DNA from: Felis catus
Lineage: Eukaryota
NCBI RefSeq assembly: GCF_018350175.1
Contig: NC_058368.1
Location: 132,496,001-132,560,000 of the forward strand
Length of the DNA: 64,000 nt
Direction of reading: 5' to 3'
The translations under genes were made by a program, and so were the position numbers. A model generated the notes under the pieces. That model saw only the letters and a program-made list of their open reading frames with translations, was not told the DNA's origin and searched no databases. Below, piece by piece: positions 13,366-27,460 of the stretch (positions within the stretch are counted from its first letter, which is position 1; every line of letters begins with the position of its first letter).

Positions 13366-13509
13366 CCTTGGCTTGATAATAAGCACACAGTGTTTGGACG
13401 AGTGACTAAAGGAATGGAAGTTGTACAGAGGATCTCCAATGTCAAAGTCAATCCCAAAACAGATAAGCCCTATGAGGATGTCAGCATCATAAATATTACT
13501 GTCAAGTAA
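13366..13509 (+). CDS. PPWD1: PPWD1 last coding exon (11)
   Basis: tgcag acceptor; [50 protein letters not shown]. Confidence 0.96.
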   Translation, partial: PWLDNKHTVFGRVTKGMEVVQRISNVKVNPKTDKPYEDVSIINITVK

Positions 13510-13553
13510 AATAAGGTTTGTTTCATTGTATGTGTAAATAGAAATACACGTAT

Positions 13554-13655
13554 ATTAAACACAGGGTTATTTTACACAGGAAGCTCTTAGAACTTGCTAA
13601 ACATCCAAATCATGTTTCAAGGATGCAATATTATGTTTTTATATTTTTCATTAAA
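13554..13655 (+). terminator. Candidate PPWD1 polyadenylation signals (ATTAAA x2)
   Basis: ATTAAA at 13554-13559 and 13650-13655, the second followed by T-rich sequence. Confidence 0.5.
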
Positions 13656-14391
13656 GGACCTTTTTTAAAACCCTGCCTTTCATTTTTCTCACAATATTTC
13701 TTATCCTAGGAGGTGATAAACTGAAATTGGAGTAAATTTGGGCAAATCGCACTCCTATGTAATTTCTCATGAGACTAAAAAACCATATTAAATAGAGTTG
13801 TATGCATTAATATATATTACTATATTAATATATTAATATATGCCACATAATCTGCCTTCATGTTTCTTTAGATCCACTAAGAAAGGGTATCAGAATCTGA
13901 TAGTAATATACCACTTCCTTTCTTTTCTTAGGTTTGTGTTTCATGCCAAATAGTTTTGCCTTTTAATCATTGTTAAAAATAGTAAGCAGGGGTAAGTAAA
14001 ACTTCAGTAAATAAATAAGTAGTTTATTAAAGATTTAGAAATAACTTATCCTCTAGTTGCAATGTTAAGTCACATTTAAATGAGTATTATAGCTAGTATT
14101 TAAATTCAAGAATCTGAATAAATGAATACTTAGTCCTTGGTTTTATATGCAGGTTCATTTATTATTTACACATTATTTTCCTAATGTAGCTAAATCCCAG
14201 TTTTCTGTCCTGAAGTTAATAGTGTCTTTTTTTACATTACTAAATACTCCATCAAGAAAGTATATATTAAGTAAAACTTTTAACAGCTAATGATGGAGCA
14301 TTTAGTAGAAATTTGAGCAATAAAACAGTGTAAGTTCAAAGACTTCTATTGATTTCATTTTTTCTTCCCTTACCCTCCTGACTTCATAACT

Positions 14392-15161
14392 TTTTTTTTC
14401 TTTTTTTTTTTTTACATTTATTTTTTGAGAGAGAGACAGAGCATGAGTGGGGGAGGGGCACAGAGAGAGAGGGAGTCAAATTCTGAAGCAGTCTCCAGGC
14501 TGTGAGCTTACAGCACAGAGCTCAACGCAGGGCTCAGACACCTGAACTGCAAGATCATGACCTAAGCCAAAGTCAGATGCTTAACCAACTGAGCCACCCA
14601 GTCATCCCCTGACTTCAGAGCTGTTAAGAACCACTGCTTCTAGGGGCCCCTGTGTGGTTCAGTCAATTAAGCATCTGACTTCTGCTCTGGTCATGGTCTT
14701 GCTGGAGTTTGAGCCCTCTAACAGGCTCTGTGCTGACAGCTCAGAGCCTGAGGCCTGCTTCAGATCCTGTGTCTGCCCCTCTCCTGCTTGTGCTCTTTCT
14801 CTCTCTCTAAAAAAATAAATAAAATAAAAATAAATAAATAAATTTAAAAAATAAAAAAAGAAACACTGCCTCTAGTTTCCAGAGAGACTCTTCAAAAAGT
14901 TAAAGAGGAACACCTCAACAGACATATTTAGGGAATTCACATTCTTTTTTTTCTTTTCTTTTTTTTAAATTTATTTATTTTGAGAGAGAGAGAAAGCACA
15001 AGCAGGGGAGGGGCAATGACCATGGGAGAGAGAATCCCAGGCAGGTTCTTCACTGTTAGCACAGAGCCTGATGCAGGGCTCCATCCCACAAACCACGAGA
15101 TCATGACTTGAACCGAAATCAACATTTGGATGCCTAACTGACTGAGCCACCCAGGAGCCCC
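14392..15161. mobile_element. Three CAN-SINEs (-, +, -) between the PPWD1 and TRIM23 3' ends
   Basis: About 14392-14609 (-), 14643-14860 (+), 14945-15161 (-, TSD gggaattcacattctt). Confidence 0.85.
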
Positions 15162-16079
15162 GGGAATTCACATTCTTACATTTAAATCCAAACTTAAACT
15201 TTTCCTTCTATTGATAAGCAGGCTACTTCCTTTATCCATTTTGTACTACAAACTTGTGAGATGAAGAATGCCAAGTTGTGCTACTTCAACATTATGTTCT
15301 CCTTTTATAAAGTAGAACTTAGACATAAAATGACTTTTCATTGTGACATTTATCTTTTCTTCCTATTTTCTGTGTCTAGACATCTCCCTAGCAATTTAAT
15401 TAATCATTGCTGAAAACTTACTCCTAAATTTTTGATAATACTGCCACCAAGTGGTGATGATACCCCAAGCCCCCCAGAAACAGTTATTTTGCCTTAAGTG
15501 CAAATCATATTTGATTAATCAATATTTCCATTCCCTGTCACAAGTTTAACATAATCAGTAGACCTAAAAACATATCTTCCTAGAAGTCTTTTTTAAACCA
15601 TATTTTAAATTATTAGCAGGATACCATCTGATACATTCGTCCTCTTCATTATTGTTTTAGGGAAAATGAAACGATCTTCCTTTTTACCACTTTGCAAATT
15701 GAAAGGTACCTCAATGATACATAAAATGTCTTTTAGCAAATTAGTTCATAGGCTACAGCTAAGTTTTCGCAGCCATTTTTTAAAACAGTTATTTAAAATT
15801 TAAAAGGCAGGAGTTTCACTTTAATGCAAAATTGTAGTTCTCCTTTCAAGACACTATCTATAATACTCATTTTAAGTCAGACTTACCTTGCAACTACAGA
15901 ATAAATTATTTCTAAATCTTTAATAAACTACAACTCAAATTTGGCATGCAAGTCAATCCTATTCCATTTTGTTTTCTTTTTCTTAACCACAGCACAAATT
16001 ACTTTTTTAATTGGTTACTAGCTATACTCTATTACTAGATAGATGGTACATGAAACAGAATTTTTGGAATAATGATAGG

Positions 16080-18226
16080 ACTTCTTTAAAATGATTTTAA
16101 CATTTTATTGCTGCCTATATGTAATGCAAATAATGGCTTCTGGTGATAATAAAGCATTCCGGAATTATACACCAGGGCTACACACTTGTAAAACCTGCTT
16201 TACATAAACCATACAATAATATTTAGGCTTAATACAGAAATTCGGAGCTAGGAGGCAAATCCAAATAGACTGTACTTAAAACATCTCTCTCGTTATTAAA
16301 TTTGATATTTCCCAGAGGGAACTAGCAGAATCTTAACTAATGATCAGTGAAAGAATACAACCACAAATAGTCATAAGGGCCTGAGAAAAATATTTCTTAA
16401 AAAAAAAAAATCACACACAAACACTATTATGTACATTATACTCCGGTCTAAGCACATATTTTACATTGCGTTTAATAATATGCTAAGAATGTGAATTACA
16501 AAGTTTAGCAAAATTGGTGAAATAAACTTAATAATTTACAAGAAAAACATGTTTACATGTTAGTGTTAGACTTTTTTTTTTTTTTCAATTACCTAGTAGA
16601 GAAAACAGTTCAAGGGCTCACAGGCAAATGTTAACACATTTTTTTTATTTTTCACAGTTACTGTAATCAAATATTAAATAATTTAATTCATAAGTATTAC
16701 TTATATGCACAAATTACACTTGTAACAGCATGACTTTTACTTGAAAAATAAAGGATGAAATATTTACTTATTTACACAGTGCCCATAACACTGATGGACT
16801 TTTTTTCCTAACGCTTTGTTTTCTAAAAGTTATGCTGTTTATTTTAAACAAACAAAAGTACATTTGAAGAGATGGAACCAAAACAGTGCCACCTAAGACC
16901 CACATCTCCTAACAGTTGAACTAATAAGACAGGATTCAACTTCATCTGTAAGGATGAAGAGCATTTAATAAAAAATAAAATAAAATCCAATCTAGCGATG
17001 TTTAAATGTAAATCCTACTGCCATAATAAGTGAGTATCCTTAAAAAAATGAAAAACAGTAAAAAGCAGAAAATTTTAAAACTTTTAAACACTGCATAATA
17101 AATGTGATGTAAACTTTCTGAACATTTCTTATCTTTTCTTAGACATATTCTTTCTCAAGTAACTTTTCAAAGCCTTATGAAGAGCCTTGATAACATTTTG
17201 TCAAGATAAATGCATTTATTTTGGGAAAGCACTTAACGTAACTGATTCTCCACTGCTTAAATGCCTTGTCTAAAGATAAATGTAGTTTTCTGCATTTCTA
17301 CTTCTGTCTTTTACTTAAAGCCAACCCTGGCTCTATGTGTAACTTAACTACATTTTACCTATAATCATTCCCACTAAGGATGCAATATTATTTTTAAAAG
17401 GAACTCTACTAACTACTTTAAACATGTTGAAAAACAGAAGGACCAATTTAGAGCTGTGACCTAGGAAATAATATAACCAGGTTCAACCCTGGAAATGGGT
17501 CTTTCATAAGTGAAGATTAACTACAACATAACTGACTTTCAGTTTTATTATTGTTCTTCAGTTTAATACTAATCTGACAGCCGTACCTAGTTAGATAGCA
17601 TTTCATCTGACTCAGTGGGTTTTATACAAAAGGGCTTAGGAGAAAGTTTTAATAAAACACTATAAAATACTAATTTTATGTAGTTTATAGTTCTTAGCAT
17701 TAAAAGTGTTCTGTTATATTGAACATAAAAGTAAAGTAATCCTATTACCCAAAGATGCAGTTTGGATTCTATTTCATTAAGTCACTGGTGTTTTGCTATT
17801 AAACACTGCCAAAATCCAGTGAAAAGGCAAGTTAAAGCAGCTATGTTTTATTCGCTTCACAAAGTTTGCATTAGGCACTCAGTTGGCTATTCTTTTTTCA
17901 CTGAAACAATAAACCTTCACTTACCCTTTCTCTGTGACTACTTCTTTCCCAACATAGGGATCACATATAATGTGAAAAACTTAAATAACAAATGTATGCT
18001 TTAAACAATGTATATTTAAGAAGTCCCTGTTTAATGCAATTTAATCTGTTCAGTCAAATGTTTAAGAGTAACTTTTTTCAAAGCCATATTGTACTGAATT
18101 CCCCAACCAAGATTCATTTTAAATATACACCCTAAATAAACTATCTTCGAGATGGTAGAATTTCTTATATTATGTGTAAAATAACTCTTAACCACAAAAG
18201 AGTTTAAATAACTGCTCCATTTAAAA
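16080..18226 (-). other. TRIM23: Probable TRIM23 3' UTR (~2.1 kb, AU-rich, no SINEs)
   Basis: Repeat-free AT-rich stretch after the stop; AATAAA on minus strand at 16104-16109; the end position is inferred. Confidence 0.55.
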
Positions 18227-18406
18227 TCAAGCAACATCCAATACTCCAGCAGCCACAAGTTGCCGTGAAAGCCAATCCAACCCTTCATATAGTCCCATAC
18301 CACTTCGAGCATCACAGCCCTGAATATACCAGCTACGGCCACAGCACAATTTATGCAGACTAAGTTGTTCAGTGATCTCTTCTACTGACAGAGCTCCAGC
18401 AACATC
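18227..18406 (-). CDS. TRIM23: TRIM23 exon 11 (last coding exon)
   Basis: [62 protein letters not shown]; the 11 exons sum to 574 codons. Confidence 0.96.
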   Translation of the reverse strand, partial: DVAGALSVEEITEQLSLHKLCCGRSWYIQGCDARSGMGLYEGLDWLSRQLVAAGVLDVA

Positions 18407-19229
18407 CTGAAAGATATACACATATCAGAAATTTTTTAATAATCAGCCCATCAAAATTCTCATTTTTCTAATTATTACTATTTATACAGAATTCCATTGG
18501 TACCATTCTAACAGAAGCCTAAAGTTAAAACCTAGATTCACCTTTCAATAATTATTCAATGATTAATAAGTAGAAAAGTTCTGATGAAGGTCATTTATAG
18601 TACAGTAAGAATAGCCTTACAGTGAAATCAGTAAAGGCCATGTAGCCTGAATGAAAGCCACTGCCTGAGTCATAAGGCATCAACTTAAAAGAAAAAGATT
18701 AACACGTGTATCACCAAAATGCCTTAAGTACAGAATTCATACAATGAACAGTTATTAAACTCCCACTCCAAATACTCCTGAACACCCCTCCTTCCCAAAA
18801 GCAACCATGTTATAATCTCTTATATATTTTTCCATATAAGTTCTATGCACATTCATGCAAATAAACATAAACAGAAACATACTTTAGTTTTTTTGTTTTT
18901 AATACACACCTTGAGGATAGGTATCTTTCCATTAGCTGGACAAACAGACTTCTACATTGTATGTAGATTATCTACATGCATCTGCAACATTATCTGTGAA
19001 ATAACCTTAGGATATCTGTCTGCGGAATACATTACTAGAGGTCGAATTACAAGGTAAAAGGGCACATGCATCTAAAATTTTGACAGGTATGGTACTGCCA
19101 AAATGCCCTCCAAGAAAATGTCTCCAGTTAATAACTACAGCAACAGTATATGTGAGTCTGAAGATTATCAACCATTTTTATCGTTAACAATGTAAGTGGA
19201 AAAGGGTATTTAACGTTGCCTTATTTGTG

Positions 19230-19654
19230 TTTTTAAAATTTTTTTTTTAATTTTTTTTTTAACGTTTATTTATTTTTGAGACAGAGAGAAACAAAGCATG
19301 AATGGGGGAGGGTCAGAGAGAGGGAGACACAGAATCTGAAACAGGCTCCAGGCTCTGAGCTGTCAGCCCAGAGCCCGACGCAGGGCTCGAATTCACGGAC
19401 TGCGACATCATGACCTGAGCCAAAGTCGGCCGCTTAACCGACTGAGCCACCCAGGCGCCCCTTAAAATTTTTTTTTAAATGTTTATTTACTTTTGAGATA
19501 GAGCCAGAAAGTGTGGGGGAGGGGCAGAGAGAGAGGGAGAAACAGAATACTGAGCAGGCTCCAGGCTCTGAGCTGTCAACTCACCCCGGGCTTGAACTCA
19601 AACTGTGAGATCATGACCTGAGCCAAGGTCAGACGCTTAACCACCCAGGGGCCC
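19230..19654 (-). mobile_element. Two nested/tandem CAN-SINEs
   Basis: Two SINE bodies; one is inserted in the tail of the other (ttaaaattttttttttaa duplicated). Confidence 0.85.
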
Positions 19655-20184
19655 CTGCATGTTTTTAATAGTAAGTAAAGCAAAGTGTATCTATTCTTAA
19701 TAGTTCATCTTTTTATTTATTAAGAGGAAAATCCTTTATTCTTCATCCTACCCTTTGCCCCTCTATTGCCCTTGAAGGCATTCTCATCCTCCTACAAGCA
19801 TAGCTCAAGATCTAGCAATCAGCAGCTTCTCCCTGTCCTTCACCTTTCCCCATTCAGTCATCAAATTCTAACAAATCTACCTTCATGAAGTCTCTTCAAA
19901 CTGCTATCCACCCTGCTTATACTCCCTAAAAATACTCATGCTTTTATTTTCTCTGCCTGCAATGTTCTTTGTTTCACATACTTAAAGTCCTATCCATAAT
20001 TTCAACTCTTGTCATAATTTCAACTCAGAACCTACTTTTTACAAATCTTTGACAAGATGCCACCTTTAAAACTACTCTAATTTCTCATAACATGTTAATA
20101 TTACTGAAGTTGCTTACGAGTTTTCTATGTATTAAAATCTCATATACATTCACTTACATGTTTACATCCCTATATAGGAGTTTG

Positions 20185-20376
20185 TTTTTTTGTTTTTTTT
20201 TTAGTTTATTTATTTTTAGAGAGAGAGGCAGCAAGGGAGGGACAGAGAGAGGGAGACAGAGAATCCCAAGCAGGCCCTGCACTGTCTGTGCAGAGCAGGG
20301 CTCAATCCTGTATGATCATGACCTGAACCGAAATCAAGAGTCAGACATTTAACTGACTGAGACACTCCGGCATTCC
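20185..20376 (-). mobile_element. CAN-SINE
   Basis: T tail, GA tract, catgacctgaaccgaaatcaagagtc. Confidence 0.8.
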
Positions 20377-20582
20377 TAGGAGTTTCTGGAAAGCATCAAC
20401 TACATTTTTAGATACTCTAAGGTAACAACTATAGCATTTTTCACATAGACTGTATTCAAAATACTCAGCAGAAACTTCATAAATATCTACTGAATTATCT
20501 GTTTTGAAATCTTTCCAGTTACCTTAGGATGTAGAATGCACAGAACTACTAAAGTAAGTATTCTGAAATACAAATGTGTTAC

Positions 20583-20707
20583 CTGTTTGTTAGCAAAAAT
20601 CAGGAGCAAAGCATCTCGGAGTTCTTTCTCTGTTAACAACTTTGCAAGTTCACTGTGTGCTTCACTAACTCTGTCTCTATGACTGCTGTCAACAACAAAT
20701 ACAACAG
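20583..20707 (-). CDS. TRIM23: TRIM23 exon 10, ARF domain
   Basis: [42 protein letters not shown]; ggctag / gtaaca. Confidence 0.96.
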
Positions 20708-21046
20708 CTAGCCAAATTAAAAAAAAAAAAAGAATCTAATTAGCCATTGGTTAACTTTAAGTAAATGACCAAATATTTTATGCTCTCGTTATTACATTAT
20801 GGTTAGTCTACTATCTACTATGTTTTTCAGAAAGGCTGCTCTAACAGCACCTAGCAATACTTAGGAGTATGGCTTCACATAGTTCACATAACTTTTCAGC
20901 TCTCTTCATTTCCCCTTCTATACAGGATTTACCATACTTGTTTCATCAAACACAAATTGTTGTGTAAATGAATTAACATAATGAATGTTTTTCTCTTAAT
21001 GAAAATATACCTCTCAAGATCTCCCTAATGAGGCTACTTGTTAAGT

Positions 21047-24000
21047 TTTTATTTTAATCACCTGATGCTCATCACAATAAGTGCATTCCTTAATCCTCAT
21101 CACCTATTTCACCTATCCCCCCCAACCCACCTCCCCTCTAATAACCATCAGTTTGTTCACTATAGTTAAGAGTCTGTTTCTTGGTTTGTCCCTTTTTCCC
21201 CCTTTGCTCATTTGTTTCTCAAATTCCACGTGAGTGAAATCATGGTATTTTTCTCTGAATTCTTTCACTTAGCATTATACTCTCTAGCTCCACCCATGTC
21301 ATTGCAAGTGGCAAGATTTCATTCTTTTTTTTATTTCTGAGTAATATTCCAGTTCACACACACACCACATCTTCTTTATCCATTAGTCAGTGGGTACTTG
21401 GGACTGTTTCCATAATTTGGCTATTATAGATGCTGCTGCTATAAATACCAGGGTTCATGTATCCCTTTGAATTAGTGTTTTTGTATTCTTTGGGTAAACA
21501 CCTAGTAGTGTGATTGCTGGATCATAGGGTAGTTCTATTTATAACTTTTTGAGGAAATACCATTCTGTTTTTCAGTGGATGTACCAGTTTGCATTCCAAT
21601 CAGCAGTGCAAGAGGGTTCCTTTTTTTCTCCACATCCTTGCCAACACCTGTTGTTTCTTGTGTTGTTGATTTTAGCCATTCTGACAGATGTGTGATGATA
21701 TCTTATTGTAGTTTTGATTTGCATTTCCCTGATGATAAGTGATGATGAGCATCTTTTCATGTGTCCGTTGGCCATCTATTTGTCTTCTTTGAAGAAATGT
21801 CTGTTCATGTCATCTTGTACATTTTTTACTTGGATTATTTGGCTTTTGGGTGTTGAGTTGTAGAAGTTCTTTATATATTTTATTATCAGGTATGTCATTT
21901 GTAAATATCTTCTCCCATTCCATAGGCTGCCTTTTAATTTTGTTAATTTTTCCTTTGCTGTACAGGAGCTTTTTATTTTGGTGTAGTCCCTACAGTTTAT
22001 TTTTCTTTTTATTTTCCTTGCCCCAGGGGACCTATCTAGAACAAAATTGCTATGGCCAATATCAGAGAAATTACTATCTGTGCTCTTATCTAGGGTTTTT
22101 ATATTTGTTGGTCTCACATTCAGGTCTTTAATCCATTTTGAATTTATTTTGATGTATGGTTTAAGAAAGTGGTCCTGTTTCATTCTTTTGCAGTCGCTGT
22201 CCAGTTTTCCCAACTAAAGTGATTATCTTTTTCCCAATGGATATTCTTTCCTGCTTTGTCAAATATTAGTGGACCATAACAGATGTGGGTTCATTCTGGG
22301 GTTCTCTCTTCTGTTCCATTGATGTATTTGTCTATTTTATGCCAGTACCATACTGTTTTGGTTATTAAAGCTTTGTAATATAACTTAAGAGTCCAGAACT
22401 CTGATGCCTCCAGCTTTGCTTTTATTTTTCAAGACTGCTTTGGTTAGTTGGGCTATTGAGGTCCCATACAAATTTTAGGATTGTTTGTTCCAGCTCTGTG
22501 AAAATGCTGATGTTATTTTGATAGGTATTGCTTTAAATCGGTAGATTGCTTTGGGTAGTATGGACATTTTAACATTATGTGTTTTTCCAATTCATAAGCA
22601 TGCGATGTGTTTCCATTTCTTTGTGTCATCTTCTATTTCTTTCATCAGTGTTTTATAGTTTTCAGAGTACAGGTCTTTCATCTGTTTGCTTAGGTTTACT
22701 CCTAAGTATCTTATTATTTTGGGTGCGATTATAAGTAGGTTTGTTAATTTCTCTTTCTGCTGCTTCATTATTGGTGTATAGAGATGCAACAGATTTTTGT
22801 ACACTGATTTTGTATCCTATGATTTTACTGACTTCATTTATCAGTTTTTTGGTGGAGTCTTTCGGGTTTTCTATGTATAGTGTCATGTCATCAGCAAATA
22901 GTGAAAGTTTTACTTCTTCCTTACTGATTTAGATACTTTTTATTTCCTTTTTTGTCTGATTGCTGTGGCTAGGCCTTCCAGTACTATGTTGAATAAAAGT
23001 GGGGAGAATGGACATCCTTGTCTTGTTCCTGACCTTAGAGAAAAGGTTCTCAGTTTTCCCCATTGGAGATGATGTTAGGTGTGGGTTTTTCATAGTTGGC
23101 CTTTATTATGTTGAGGTATGTTCCCCCTAAACATACTTTGTTGAGGGTTATCATTAATAGGTGTACTTTGTAAAGTGTTTTGCATCCATTAAAATGATCA
23201 TATGTTTCTTATCCTTTCTGTTACTGATGTGATATATCATGTTGATTGACTTGTGAATATTGAACCACACTTGCAACCCAGGAATAAATCCCATTTAATC
23301 ATAGTGAATAATTCTTTTAATGTACTGTTGGATTCAGTTTGCTAGTATTTTGTACAGGATTTTTTGCAGATGTGCTCAGAAATATTGGCCTGATATTTTT
23401 AAAAGATATATAAGATATAGATGAAAAAAAGGTATTTCTCTTTTTCAGTGGGATCCATCTGGTTTTGGTATCAAGGTAATGCTGGCCTCATAGAATGAAT
23501 ATGGAAGTTTTCCTTTTCTATTTTTTGGAATAGTACGAGAAGAACAGGTACTAACTCTTCTTTAAATGTTTCGTAGAAGTTGCCTGTGAAACTATCTGTC
23601 TGGTCTTGGACTTGTGCTTACTTTTTGATTACTGATTCAATTCCTTTCCTGGTATTCAGTCTGTTCAAATTTTCTATTTCATCTTCCTTCAGTTTTGGTA
23701 GTTTATATGTTTCTAGGAATTTATCCATTTCTAGGTTGTCCAACTTGTTGACACATAGTATTTCATAACATTCTTTTATAATTGTGTTTCTGTGGTGTTT
23801 GTTGTTATTTCTTTTCTCTCATTTGTGATTTTATTTACTTGGGTCCTTTCTCTATTTTTCTTGGTAAGGCTGGCTAGGGTTTATCAATTTTATTGGCTTT
23901 CAAAGAGCCAGTTCCTGGTTTCACTGATATGTTCTATTGTTTTTTTCATTTCTAGATCATTTATTTATTGTCTAATTTTATTATTTCCTAACTTCTACTG

Positions 24001-24600
24001 GTTTCGGACTTTGTTCTTTTTCTACCTCCTTTAGGTGTAAGATTAGGTTGTTTATTTGAAATTTTTCTTGTTTCTTGAGGTAGACCTGTATTGCTATAAA
24101 CTTCCCTCTTAGAACCATTTTTGCTGCATCCCAAAGGTTTTGAACCATTGTGTTTTCATTTTCATTGGCTTCCATGTACTTTTTTACTTCTTTTATTTCC
24201 AGGTTGACCCATTCATTGTTTCATAGCATATTATTATTTTTTAATTTTTTTTAAATGTTTTTATTTATTTTTGAAGGAGAGAGAGACAGAGCATAAGCCA
24301 GGGAGGAGCAGAGAGAGACATAGAATTTGAAACAGGCTCCAGGCTCTGAGCTGTCAGCACAGAGCCCGACGTGGGGCTCAAACTCATGAACCGTGAGATC
24401 ATGACCAGAGCTGAAGTCGGACGCTCAACCGACTGAGCCACCCAGACGCTCCTTGTAGCATATTATTTAACCTCTATGTATTTGTAGTCTTTCCAGATTG
24501 TTTCTTGTGGATGACTTCTAGTTTCATAGCAATGTGGTCAAAATAGATGTGTAGAACCTCAATCTTTTTCAATTTGTTGAGATTTGTTTTATGGACTATG
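21047..24600 (-). mobile_element. 5'-truncated carnivore L1 (degenerate ORF2 + 3' UTR) in TRIM23 intron 9
   Basis: ORF2-like remnants ([50 protein letters not shown]); many stops and frameshifts. Confidence 0.9.
24237..24452 (-). mobile_element. CAN-SINE inserted in L1
   Basis: TSD tagcatattatt. Confidence 0.85.
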
Positions 24601-25396
24601 ATACTACTTGTTCTTTGATTACCATTTCCCTTTCCAAAAAAATAGTCTAAATAAATCACCACCTTTATCTCTCCCAAGTATTCTCTCTAGGTGCCTAGCA
24701 CAGCACTTCCCACATATATTGTATTCAAAACACACAGCAGAAACGTCACAAGTATCTACTGAATTGACTCTCTTTTGAAATCCTTCCAGCTACCTTATGT
24801 AGCTAAACATTCTATCAACCATTTCTCATGTTTAAAAGCCCATTTTCCCCCTATTAGTCAATGGCTTATACTAAACTAAGCATCAAAAATCCCCAAGTAA
24901 AAATAATTACTTAGCTTCTCTTCTAGGTGGAAAGTAGGATGACATATGAAATAGGTGGCATGAACAAAAGCTTCATGTTGGGTATATGCAAAAGCATAGA
25001 ATGTGGCCGAAATATAAATAAATGCTAGGTGGAATATGTGGTAAAACACATTTTGGCCAAAAGCAAACCACTGCAGATAACTTATTGTTAATGGAAATAA
25101 AGGAATGGAGCTATTGAGATTCCAATGAGATAAATATTTAACTGAATTGAAGAGAGCAGCAGAACCATACACCAAGAATTCTACCCTATATTATGATATT
25201 GCCAGTGATCACACTTACATGAACACTAATAATAAAGTGCCAAGATATATATTATGGTTTTATCTCTTCACTGCCAAGATATAAATTATGGTTTTTCATG
25301 AAATAAAACAAAGCACATATCCCAGTCTTCTACCTTCACTTTTTAAATAAAATAAACTTCACTAGTTAAATCTATTCCACTGAAAATGGCATCCTA

Positions 25397-25552
<156 letters not shown>

Positions 25553-25868
25553 TTAAAAAAAAGTTACTTTAATACTGAACTTATATTTATAATAAGTAAC
25601 ACATCAAACACAGGCAACCCACAGTTTATAACTGTGGTATACAAATTATCTTCATACGGCAATATATACTGCTGCCCAACCAACTCCACTCCTAATAAAT
25701 CTATATGAGGAATATATACCTTTAACAGCTGTTAGCTCTCTAAACCTCCACCAGGATCCTTAGATCCTGAAACTCAAATAACTGAATGCTCTGCACCACT
25801 ACTACTCCCTCACCTTGACACCAATCCTTTAATCCTTCCAACTGTCCCACCAATACTCTGTTCTTCCC

Positions 25869-26083
25869 TTTTATTTATTTATTTTGAGATACAGAGAGAA
25901 AGAGAGAGAGAGAAAGTGCACGAGCAAGGGACGGGCAGAGAAAGAGGAAGACACAGCATCCCAAGCAGGCTCTGTGCTATCAGCAAAGAGCCCAATACAG
26001 GACTCAATCTCACAAACCGTGAGATCATGACCTGTGCTTGAAATACAGTCTGACACTTAACCGACTGAGCCACCCAGGCACCC
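25869..26083 (-). mobile_element. CAN-SINE
   Basis: gactgagccacccaggcacccc head. Confidence 0.85.
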
Positions 26084-26295
26084 CTATTCCTTCTCAATAT
26101 CCCACCATCCACATTTCAATCACACAGTCACTGAATCTTGCATTTTTTTTTTTCTGACATGGTACTGTCTTAGAGCCAGTAAAGAGCCCACCTCCATGCC
26201 ATACTGGCATAAAATAAAACCCTCAAGAACTCAGCTGTAAGCTAGAGTTTGTCTATAAAATGTCCATTAAAGTAAAAAGCAATACTCATACTTAC

Positions 26296-26425
26296 CAATT
26301 GTTGGAATAGGCTGCATGAATTCATCCTGTTTTAACTTAAACAAAATAGTAGTTTTTCCAGCACCATCTAATCCTAATGTAACAACTCGAATTTCCATTT
26401 TTGGTCCAATGTGAACTCTATTGTC
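26296..26425 (-). CDS. TRIM23: TRIM23 exon 8, ARF domain P-loop
   Basis: [43 protein letters not shown](G); tacag / gtaagt. Confidence 0.96.
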
Positions 26426-27255
26426 CTGTAATTTTTAAAAATTTAAATCTTATTTTGATATAGAGTTAAAAAGTATTGGCAGTTATACTTTTATTTATAA
26501 TACCTTTGTTAATTATTTCATCTCCTACTCGTTCCTCTGAGAGGAACCTTTATTATTATATTTTTGTATTATAATTTTGGTGCATAGATCTAATTCTTCA
26601 TAGAACTCAACTGACAAAAACAAAAAACTATAAGCCTGTGTTAACAGGTATACAATGTACAAATATGTAATTTGTGACATCAATAACATAAAGTATGGGG
26701 AGGTGGAGCTATAAAACAATAGTTTTTATACACAAATGAAGTTAAAATGTTACCACTTTCAAACAGAATATTATAACAAGATGTTCTTTGTAACAGCAGT
26801 GTAAACACACAAAAATCCGTAAGTTATACACAAAGGAAATGAGAAGGAAATCAAACCATGACACTAAAACACCACTGAGACACAGAAGGTAGCAGTAGGA
26901 GGAAAGCTACAAGATGACAAAAAAGCTGCAAGATATAAACAAAAAACAGTAACTAAGAAGGCAATATTAAGTCCTTACCTATTAATAATAACTTTAAATG
27001 AAATTAACTCTCCAAAAAAAAAAGTTTGACTAAATGGATTAAAAAAACAAGATCTAACAATATGCTATTTACAAGAGACTCACTTCATTTCTAAGAACAC
27101 AAGAAGGCTGAAAGTAAAAGAAAAGGATATTCCAGACAAAATAGACTTTAAATCAGACTGTTAGTAAGAGACAAAAGGTCATTATATAATGACAAAAGGG
27201 TAGATTTACAAAGAACATACAACAATTATGAAAATTTGGATTTTAAATATGGATA

Positions 27256-27407
27256 GGGGCGCCAGGGTAGATCAGTCAGTTAAGCATCCGACTCTAGATT
27301 TTGGCTCAGGTCATGATCTCACGGTTCATGAGACTGAGAACTGAGTCAAGCTCTGTGCTGACAGTGTGGAGCCTGCTTGAGATTCTCCCTCAGCCTCTCC
27401 ATGTGTA

Positions 27408-27452
<45 letters not shown>

Positions 27453-27460
27453 ATACACAC
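27256..27460 (+). mobile_element. CAN-SINE followed by (TG)n microsatellite
   Basis: ggggcgccagggt head; (TG)n at about 27410-27450. Confidence 0.75.
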
